From: Podospora anserina
Lineage: Eukaryota
Assembly: GCA_017654855.1 (NCBI GenBank)
Contig: CM030332.1
Location: forward strand, 1,860,001-1,924,000
DNA: 64,000 bases
Direction of reading: 5' to 3'
This document shows, piece by piece, positions 1 to 12,173 of the stretch; position 1 is the first letter of the stretch, and each line of letters begins with the position of its first letter. The notes under the pieces are model-generated. The model did not search any database, was not told the DNA's origin, and worked only from the letters and a program-made list of their open reading frames with translations. Made by a program: the position numbers and the translations under genes.

Positions 1-2063
<2,063 letters not shown>

Positions 2064-2427
2064 GTAGCGGGTAGTTTTCAATCTCAAATACTTGGATATG
2101 TTTTGGAAAGAGATGACATTACACTTTGTCCCTCAAAAGCGCTCAGAGAACACCAAAAGGTATTAGGGCAAATCGTTGAACATCGAACTCGACAGTTTGG
2201 TAGACCTACTGGCCTTTGAACCAAAAGCGTTTTCCAGTTCAAACAGCCGACTTACTAATATGATATCCCACACAACCACGGCCCGTGCTTCCAGGAGGTT
2301 CCTCTCCCACAGCTCAACAACCCCGCAGTGAGTGCAAGCGGGGGACTCGGGATGGACCATGTCCACCACCCTTCTCATCAAGCTTCCGGCAAGAAGATCC
2401 CAACTCAGCCGTGCTGCCAGTGTCATC

Positions 2428-3667
2428 ATGCCCCCAACAGTCCAGTTCAACCCCTCCGCCACCTCATGGCGCTCTTCACCCCCCACAGACCTGGGCAGCA
2501 CCACCTCCCAAACGATCCAAACCTTTCACTCCCTCCTCCCCTCCTACAGCCCCACACCCCTCCAGCCCCTTCCCTCCATCGCCCAAGACCTAGGTATCAA
2601 AGCCGTCTACCTCAAAAGCGAAGCCTCCCGGCTCGGGCTCCCTTCGTTCAAAATACTAGGTGCCTCATGGGCTGTTTACCGCGCCGTACTTGACTTCCTT
2701 GCCGTTGGGCTGGTTCCCAACCAGGCACTCCCCTCTCTGGATGACATTAAGAAAGTGATCCACGACAAGGGTTTGGAAGAGTTAAAGGTAATCACCGCCA
2801 CAGCAGGCAACTGGGGACGGGCGGTGGCCAAGACGGCGGGGTATCTCGGTTTGAAGACCGTGGTTTTCGGGAGTGATCATATGCATCCTACCACAAGAGA
2901 ACTGATACGCAACGAGGGGCTAGGGGCCGAGGTTAGGGTGGTGAAAGGGGGGTATGTTGATGCTGCGAACGAGGCGAGGGAGTATGGGATGGAAGAGGGG
3001 AGGGAAAAAGAGAGGTTGTTGGTTATGGATATGGGTTTTGAGGGAGGGGAGAAAGTTCCTGGGGTGAGTTCGCAAGTCTGATGACAATGACATTTGAGTT
3101 GTTATGCTGACAGTGGAATAGTGGGTTGTGGAGGGATACAGCACTATGCTTACGGAGTACGAGACTCAGATTCGGGAACAAACTGATGGTCAACGGGGTG
3201 CGACACATGCTTTTGTTCCTTGCGGTTGTGGATCTATCGCGAGTGCTGTCACGCAGTTTTTTAGGGACGCCAAAAGGGAGGATGATGTGAAAGTTGTGGT
3301 TGTCGAGCCGGATTCTGCGGCTTGTTTGTTGGCTTCACTTGAAAGGGGAGAGGATAGTACGGTTGAGACGGGGGATGAGACGATTATGTGTGGGATGAAC
3401 TGTGGGACACTGTCAGGGAGCGCTTGGGAGGTTTTGGGGAAAGGTGTGGAAGCGGGTGTAGCTGTGACTGATAAAGAGGCTCATCGGGCTGTGGTGGATC
3501 TTGAGAATGAGGGGGTTGAAGCTGGGCCTTGCGGTGCGGCTACGTTGGCCGGGTTGAGGAGAGTCTGCGCGGATGTTTCGGCGAGGGAGAAGTTGGGGTT
3601 GGGTGCGGAGGCGGTGGTAGTGTTGTTCTGTACGGAGGGGAAGAGGGAATATGAGGTGCCAGTGTAA
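2428..3667 (+). CDS. PLP-dependent fold-II enzyme, diaminopropionate ammonia-lyase-like
   Basis: YSPTPL, LKSEASRLGLPSFKILGASWA (PLP Lys), ATAGNWGRAVA, VEGYSTM, PCGCGS, TIMCGMNCGT, GPCGAA. Intron 3064-3121 (GTGAGT..GCTGAC..TAG). Start ATG 2428 chosen; ATG 2359 is also in frame. Confidence 0.85.
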
Positions 3668-5386
3668 CAAGGGTTGGATGGACGGAACCTACCGAGATTT
3701 TGTTGACCCATCATCTGGTCAGGGCGGCCGATGTTCACGGTCCATGGGATGAAATGCTCGTGGGTCTTACACAGGAAGGCTGTGTGGAGCATAGACTCGC
3801 ACGACTCAGGCCAACAACAACAAAGTAGAGCCAATGATTTGGAATACGGTGGTTGGATGATAGAATACAACTCAACTGCGCGAGGATGCGGTGAGTGTGG
3901 TATCAGCTGTTGGCACATGCAGACATAATGATCCGATTGCTGCTATCTGCATTTCTATACCCGTTCATTTCCGTTGGTCCTTGTTGTGTCAGAAAATGCA
4001 TCTGCCTCACTGGATGGCGTTTGCCTCATTGAAATCTCATCAACAAACCGCAAGGGGATGCTACCTTGGCTGTCGTTCTGCTAGATCTTGGTCCATGGCC
4101 ACTCTTCTTGGCTGACGGGAGAGGCACTTAGTTGGCCATCGTGATCATAGTCGCAGAATTATCGCTGTTTCCCAAGTCAAAGACAGCCATGTACACGATA
4201 ACCATTCGCATCGCTCCACCTCAACATTGGCAAACCCACATTATATGGCCTGAGGCAATTCAGTCACATGAAGTGAGACAGTAGTAAAATGGCTGATTGA
4301 TTCACCGCAGTTCGGTTTGCCCGAGATCCAACCGAGAAACATGGGGCAAAGGGCTTTGAGGAAGGTGACACGAACAGTGTTTTGGTGCAAAGCGGGCCAA
4401 GTGACGTTATCATTATCCACATGCAAGTCCACCCCAAAGGCAAGACGGCGTGGTATCACGTCTCGGAAACTGGGACTTTATGCAGATCCCCCAGCCAATT
4501 GACCCTCCGAAAAAAATCCATCTCGGTAAAGGTTTGAGCTGTTTGTCTGGAGAAAACTGCACTACTGGATTTCTGGGGATGCGGGTTCAGGGACCCTGTG
4601 AAGTTTGACAGGTTGGTTCCCGCAAAAATATTCAAGCGACACAGAATGTTGATGAACGGAAACCAGACTTCTATGAAACACTGGATGGCCTATCAACTCT
4701 CTAGAACTGACCGGAGTTTCGTCCGGTCCACCGTGAACTCCGTTTGGCGGATTTCCCATTGCCCAGAAGTGAACAACTGCCGCTCAAGCTTCCCCAAGCT
4801 CCCGGCCCGAACACCAAGAAATCTTCATCTGAACTATGATCTCATCGCACCCCGCACCAATGCGACCCCTAAAACCCTTCACTTGCGAACCGGACCTTGG
4901 CCGAAGTCACGGATAACTCCTAACTGCAGGTTTCATATCAAGAGTTTTTTTTCTGACCGTATCCGCGTTGGGATAGCCATGGGAATATCCCTTCAAACTT
5001 TTCATCCGAGGTTGCACCATGCAGAAACGATGATCACAATCCAACCTCTTACACCCACAACTACCCACACAAAACCCACCAGATCTGGGAATATGGGCGG
5101 AACAAGATCGTCCCCCACCCCGCTGGGATGCCCTTAGCCCGCCAATGCGATTCACAGGCTCGACAGGACCGCACGTAGAGGGTTACCGAGTGACAGCATC
5201 CTGCAACACGCTCCACGATGCTCGACAGCGGCTGGCAACGGTTCACTCGACCAACACGCTATCCTACACAGTCCCACCCTTCTCGCCGCTCACTGGTTGC
5301 GTAGCAGCCGGGAGAAGGGACCGTTCCCGGAAACCGTTACCTTTCAGGTCGGAGCCGGGCAACCCTTCCAGCATGCGGTGCTATGG

Positions 5387-5393
5387 TATATAA
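5387..5393 (+). promoter_or_regulatory. Putative TATA box of the sugar transporter
   Basis: TATATAA about 85 nt upstream of ATG 5478. Confidence 0.5.
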
Positions 5394-5477
5394 GATGGGC
5401 GCCTGTCCCGGGTCTGACCGTCCAGCAAGTTTATCAGTCATTCCTTCTTCACTGGCAACGGCCGAATCGTTACGACC

Positions 5478-7267
5478 ATGGCGCCACCAAAGTTCATGGG
5501 CCTCTCTGGGAGGCCGTTATCCATGATGGTATCAGCTGTTGCGACGACGGGGTTCCTCCTCTTCGGTTACGACCAAGGTGTGATGAGTGGTATCATCACG
5601 GCCCCAGCTTTCAACAAAATGTTTCCAGAAACAAAAGACAACTCGACAATGCAAGGATTTGTGACGGCCATCTACGAGATCGGATGTCTGGCGGGCGCCA
5701 TGTTTATGCTTTGGGCTGGTGATCTGCTCGGCAGACGACGAGGCATCATTACGGGCGCCAGCATCATGTTGATTGGCGTTATCATTCAGGTTGCGACGGT
5801 CAAGGATAAGAACCCGCTGGCTCAGCTCATCGTTGGTCGCGTTGTCATGGGCGTTGGAAACGGCATGAACACCTCGACAATTCCCACTTACCAGGGTGAG
5901 TGACACAACATTGTCATCACACAGGAAACAGGCAACTGACAATGACCACAGCTGAATGCAGTAAGACGTCCAATCGAGGACTTTTGATCTGTATCGAAGG
6001 TGGTGTCATCGCTTTCGGTACACTGATCGCCTACTGGCTCGACTACGGTGCTTCCTACGGGCCCGATGACCTTGTCTGGCGTTTCCCTATTGCCTTCCAG
6101 GTCATCTTCGCCGTGCTCATCATCTTCCCCATGATGTTCCTTCCCGAGTCGCCGAGATGGCTTCTGAGCCACCAGCGCGAGGCGGAAGCTGACCGCGTCA
6201 TCGCCGCCATCCGTGGTTACGAAGAGGGAAGCCCCGAGGCTGTGCTCGAGCGCAACCTCATTGTCGATTCTCTCCGTGCCTCTGGTGGTTATGGCCAGAA
6301 GAGCACTCCCGTCAAGGCTCTCTTCACGCACGGTAAAACGCAGCACTTCCGCCGCATGCTGCTCGGTTCCTCGGCCCAGTTCTTCCAGCAGGTCGGCGGC
6401 TGTAACGCAGTCATTTACTATTTCCCCATCCTGTTCGAGGAGTCCATCGGCACCGATCACAACATGTCACTCCTCCTGGGCGGTGTCAACATGATCGTTT
6501 ATTCCATCTTCGCCACCACTTCCTGGTTCATCGTCGAGCGCGTCGGCCGGAGAAAGATGTTCCTCATCGGCAGTTTGGGACAGTCCCTTTCCATGGTCAT
6601 CACGTTCGCCTGCCTCATTGACGGCAAGGAAATGACTGCTCGCGGCGCTGCTGTGGGCTTGTTTACCTACATTGCCTTCTTCGGCGCCACCTGGCTCCCC
6701 TTGCCCTGGCTCTACCCTGCCGAAGTCAACCCCATCAAGACCAGAGCCAAAGCCAACGCTGTCTCCACCTGTGTCAACTGGCTGTTCAACTTTGTCATTG
6801 TCATGGTTACGCCTATCATGATCTCCAACATTGGCTGGGGAACCTACCTCTTCTTTGCGGCAACAAACGCTTGCTTCATCCCGGTCATTTACTTCTTCTA
6901 CCCTGAGACAGCAAAGAGATCTCTCGAAGAGATCGACATCATCTTTGCCAAGGGCCACGCAGAGAAGATGAGCTATGTCCGGGCTGCGAAGGAGCTGCCG
7001 CATTTACAGCCAGAGGAGATTGAAGGGTACGCGAGAAAGTATGGTCTTGTTGGGCACGGCGAGAGCGATAGCTCGACTGAGGTTGGAACTATTGGTGATG
7101 AGAGGAGGGATGTGGAGAAGAATTTCAGTGGGCAGAGCGGGAATATGACGAATAGCAGTGATGAGGGGTTGCCTGGCAGAGGGCCGGGTCCGTCGGTTGT
7201 TGATGAGGGGGGTGTGGAAAGTGGTTTTGGGGATGGAGTTAACGCGAGTAGGAAGGCTGATAATTAG
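5478..7267 (+). CDS. MFS sugar porter (STL1-like hexose/polyol transporter)
   Basis: FLLFGYDQGVMSG, GDLLGRR, PESPRWL, QQVGGCNAVIYY, VERVGRR, PETAKRSLEEID. Intron 5896-5951 (GTGAGT..CTGAC..CAG). Confidence 0.95.
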
Positions 7268-7967
7268 GGGGGGTTTATGATGATGACGATTGAGAGAACA
7301 TGAATGGTGGATGATATGGTGGATGATACCAGGCTTCTAAGCATGATGGTTTCTTATTTTTTGAAGAGTTTTTCTTTTTTTTTTATTCACTCATGATTTA
7401 TAGACATAGACGGCTATGGTCGTCTAGGAGAGAATACCCTTTTGGCTTTTGTAGATATGGCTTTGTTTATGGTCATCTAGGATAGATGATAGTTGATGAA
7501 AGATTTTGTTTTTGAATATTTTGCGCTTGTGTTGGTTCTTGGTGTGTGTTGAATGATGGATGATGTGCAAGGGTCACATGCACTGTCAACACGGCCTGTG
7601 AGGTCGGCTCCCCGGTTATGGAGTTCCACGATTGCCACGAGGTGGCAATGTCAGGTCTTTCGTCGAATTAACATTTGTGTGTACCTGGAATAAATGGGGT
7701 GGGGTGGTGAATGCTGAGGACTCGCAGCAGTTAGGAACATCAATCCCTTCCCCCTGTCGATCCACGATAATATTGACTTATTAAAGTATAGTACAAGTCA
7801 AGATCTTTTGAACTTGGGTCGCCTACAGAGTCTCGAGGTTCTTGGTATTCGGCGACTGATACTTGGGCATGCAGTATACAATTTGCTTATCCTCACAATT
7901 CCAAGCTGTCAACTCCAACACTACATCTGCAGAAACACCACCTCGTAAGGACAACACAATAACGCAA

Positions 7968-8367
7968 TTATTCAGCTACAGCCTCTGCCGTGGCATCCAC
8001 CTCAGCTTCATCGGGCTTGTCTCCCGCTGCCGTTTTGCAGCCAAAGTTACCGCACCCATACACCCACTGGCAATCACACAAGTAGTAGCACTCGGGAGTC
8101 CTGGTCAAGGGCGTAGATCCCTGGCAACTGGTAGTTGCGTTGCATCTGTTCCAATTCTCCGCGGTGTGGCACTCGAGTGCCCAGTAGCCCTGACGCCTGT
8201 AATGGGTTGGGGTTGGGCGAGGTGTCGGCTGCTCCGATGGGCGCTGCTATAGCGAAAGTAATGTTGAGCCCCAAAAAGAGAATTTGGATAGTGGAGGGTA
8301 TCTAAATGGTGGATTTACTACTAGAGGGCTGTTGAAAGAGGGGTTCGTGTGGTCTCTCTACCTTCAT
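7968..8367 (-). pseudogene. Small secreted cysteine-rich protein (8 Cys) with a single frameshift (pseudogene or sequence error)
   Basis: ATG AAG at 8367, intron 8361-8302 (GTAGAG..TAG), then signal-peptide-like IPSTIQILFLGLNITFAIAAP. After a +1 shift near 8200 it reads RRQGYWALECHTAENWNRCNATTSCQGSTPLTRTPECYYLCDCQWVYGCGNFGCKTAAGDKPDEAEVDATAEAVAE-stop (TAA 7970-7968). A TATA-like run lies at 8511-8517. Confidence 0.7.
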
Positions 8368-9678
8368 GGTTGGATGGTGGGATTGGAAGAGTATATCGGC
8401 TATACAGGGTCGGTGGTAAGTAGTCTTTGATGCCTGAAGGATGTACGATGCGATGGTGGAAAGATTGTTAGATGATTGAGCCGTCTCAGGAGGGGGAGGA
8501 AGCGGTTTACATATATACAGAAATTGGCTTGCTGCGACTTTGAGGTGGCCTCCCTCTCAGCTTGACGCCTAACAACAATGCTTTGCCTCTATCATGTCTT
8601 CAGTATCTAGCAAGGACTTGCTTTTTGTTGTTCGCTGACGGGCAGCAGATATGCTGGTCATGAGGATACTTGAAAGGAAGTTATTTCAAGTGTCGGTGGG
8701 AGATTGCTGTCTTTCTTTGCAGCATACCGCCGCTCGAAGGAGTAACAATATGCACACACAGACACACACAAGCGAGGCCGTGTAGATAAACCTAGCACTT
8801 AATAGTGTGTTCCAAAAAGACATCCTTGTCTAGGCACGAATCGATTGGCAGGTGGTACACTGTCGGAGACATTGCGACTCACAGATTCACCACATGTGGC
8901 ACAACTAGGTATTTAGACCGTTGAGGCTCTTTGCATGAAGTCATATTTACTCCCTGGTCAAGTGCAGGGTCCCCTGTGTCATGAGCCATGATCATACACG
9001 TTGTGGTTTCCCCAGCATTGTTACCAACAGTCAGTCGTAACATAGACGCTCCTATGCCACTTTCCCGTTTCATGATGAATGACAGGACCAACGTAACCTC
9101 CTGCCTGTCAAGAGATATCAGCGGGTTGATCATTCCCTCCGTCACGGTGAAAGGCAAGACGGGTTCACCGGAAGCAGCGGGCCTTCTAATTTAAATTCTG
9201 TTGTTGGTCTACATGTTGGCGGCTCAACCAAGGTATTGGGTCGAGTTAGCAAATCACAATCATACTCTGTAAATTAACAAGTACCTCACCGAACGGCTCT
9301 GGGAGTATACTCATTCTTCCGTCATCAGGCCAGAACTAGTCGACGTCAAGAGTCTTTCGAATTTGGGCACAGAATCTCTCTTCATCACAACACGAACCGC
9401 TGGCAGCCGACCAGGCCACCACAAGGAACAATGCAGACCGCATTGCATTATACTCGGACCGAATACTCTCTCTTATCACTGTGCCAGAACCCATTCATCA
9501 ACAAATGCTCCTCCACCAGAAAGCTGGTTGCGACAAATCGAGACGGTCTATCATTCACCAGTTCCCACAGCGACACACACAAATCATATCCATTCCAACC
9601 GTATACCTAATCCTTGTCAAAGTTTTCATCAAATCCTCAACTCACTGCCCCGACCCAACCGTTTCCCAAACCAATACC

Positions 9679-10022
9679 ATGGACCCTAACAACGCCCAAC
9701 ACCAATCCCTCATCCCTCACCCACCCCTCGAGCCCGCCCTGCAGTCATGGACAACAGACGGGTGCCCCATAGTCGACGGCAAATACCTCGATCTCACCAC
9801 CGGCGAGGTCAAGACACACGACGGCCTCGTGACCGGCGGGCCACCCTCGCTAAGGTTGGTGACCTACTCAAGACAGGTGTTTGCACTGTGGATTCGATGA
9901 CCGCGACGAAGTACTCGGTCAACTTGGTTATCATTACTCCGCTCACGAACGGCGAGTTCAGGGAGGCGCTTGGGAGGCATGGGTTGCTGCATGTTGGGGC
10001 GAGTTTGGGGGTTGGATCTTGA
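9679..10022 (+). pseudogene. Unknown protein family, copy 1 (internal deletion with frameshift)
   Basis: MDPNN..DGKYLDLTTGEVKTHDGLVTGGPP, then a frame change at about 9846 to LAKVGDLLKTGVCTVDSM..PLTNGEFREALGR. Both halves align to the ORF at 10436-10816. Confidence 0.6.
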
Positions 10023-10339
10023 CGAGGTGGCCTGTCATGTGAGAGGCGATGATGCTCCAATATCTGCTCAGATCCTATCCAGCAAAGAGCCAAAACGCAA
10101 TCATTGTGACCACCGCAAAGAGTCATCGACCGTCAGTCACCCTATGTATATTAGCCAGGCCTCAGCCCCCAAGTCAGCCAAGTTGAGAGCCACCCATCTT
10201 GATTCGGCCTCGCTTCCAAATGTGCTGGCCGCCACTCAGAACCTCTCACGAACCACCTAACCCAGCCATTGCCCTTGTAAGCCCTTGCCTCAACCCAAGC
10301 AATTGAAGCGGAAGTCTGACAACACCGACTATCAGCCAC

Positions 10340-10816
10340 AACCGCCCCGCAACCAACCACCCCCAGGGCTCGCAGTCGCCATAGCACAATCAAGGAACTC
10401 AAACTGGGTCAACATATAGGACGGTAAATTGGTCCATGTACCCACCGGTCGAGGTCAGATCACGCGACGGCCATGTGATCGGTGGACCGCCGGCACAGGT
10501 TGCCTGGAGCAACATGGATCTAAGGCGCGATCCCAAGGACCGAAAACCATCAGATCCGGTAACTTGCTCCCTTGAGATCATAATGACGGAATACCTGGCC
10601 AAAGTTGGGGACTTTCTCAAAACAGGAGTTATTCGTACCGCAGATACAATCAGTATGCCAAACAGGTATGCCATCTACTTGCGTGTCAGTACTCTGCTTT
10701 CGAATGACGAGTTTAGAAAGGTTCTTGTGCGTGCAGCGTGGGTTGCTGCAGGTTGGGGAGAGTTTAAAGGCCGAGTCAACGTTTTATTTAGAAACAAAAT
10801 GAACGTTTCAGGTTGA
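10340..10816 (+). pseudogene. Unknown protein family, copy 2 (5' stop and frameshift; 126-codon ORF remains from ATG 10436)
   Basis: TAG 10417-10419 precedes DGKLVHVPTG. An extra C at 10450 is followed by EVRSRDGHVIGGPP..LAKVGDFLKTGV..LLSNDEFRKVLVR, homologous to copy 1. Confidence 0.55.
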
Positions 10817-12173
10817 AACTCCAACTTTCGGCCGAGTCAAGCAGCAAGCTTGCTTTGTGGCTGACTTCAATGATAGCTGGCCGCCAGAACGCCGTGTCGG
10901 ATACCGCAGAGCTTCTTCTCTGGTGGGTCGGAGATCTGTTGTTGGGCTGCACTAGGTGCTTTCGGATAATACTTATAGGGTATGCGTATCGGTATAGGAG
11001 GACGCCGAGGGCGGGTAAACGGGCATCGGAGCTGTGTGGTGGCCATTGTAGACTTCAAGTCCTGAAGGGTCGTGTGGCGACAGCGGCGAGATGGGATTCT
11101 GTTTCAAAAGTCAGCATGAACGCGGTGTAACATATCTCTGATGATAATCCGTACCTTTCGCGAGTGGTCTCCGGGCATTGTGAGTAACCACGCGGTCGGT
11201 GATAAAGGAAGGAATGGGGAAATGGTGGGGGAAGGCTAATAGGTCTGGATGCGGGCTCTGGAAGGATTTGAGGAACTGACCCAACCCCATGGATCAGGTT
11301 CAGGGAAGGGCCGCGCCATGCCTCTGCTACCATGCCACCGGCCACCGACCACCAACGTCCATAACATAAAAGCCAAAAAGCCCATCACAAGTCGAGAATC
11401 GACTAACCAAGGCCAAGAAATGGTCGACATTGCCCTCAATCCAATCAGGAGGCGGCCAAGTGTTACACATGGTGCCGATCTGTAGCAAACCCCTTTTCAA
11501 GGAGCGAAGGGCTGCTTGCGCCATCCCGCAACAACAACAAAGGGACCATAGAGACACAAATCTTTCTTTCTCATGTGAAATAAATCAATGTGATCTGTCA
11601 TTCCTCCTCCAGAAGGCCATTATTCCCACCCAGCTCTCCCAAAATCAAGGCTAGCCCATCGTGCAATACATCGACACGGCGATGGCGCAAAGGACTTGGT
11701 GAGCATGATGACGGACTTGGTGTTGGCTGCGACTGTTGCGCTGGTTCGTTCTGGTTGTGTTGATGCCAGTTGTGGCAGATAGTTCACAGGAGTGGCTGTG
11801 GTATATAATATGGGCAGGCACTGGCCATCCTCATTCAGGTCACAGTAGAGCAACTTCCACCATGCGTGGCGGTGTGGGTGGGAGATAACAAAGCTCTGCT
11901 TTGGTAAGAGCCCGCCCGCTGCTTTGCTGTTAGCCGGCCACAGGTAGCCTTCCCTAGAAAGCCTATTCCGCTATTTCAGGTTACTCTCCTAGGCCGCAGT
12001 CTCGCGCGGTTTAAGGTTACATGACTGCCTACATCATCGCTACTATCCCGACTATAGGCATTCACCAATGGGACTCCGATATTGTTGGTATCCAACGAAA
12101 GAAAGTCAATTTGTATCATCGATCGCTACAGTCTATCCAAAACTACAGCTATCCCGTCGGTCTTCCTCGCAGT

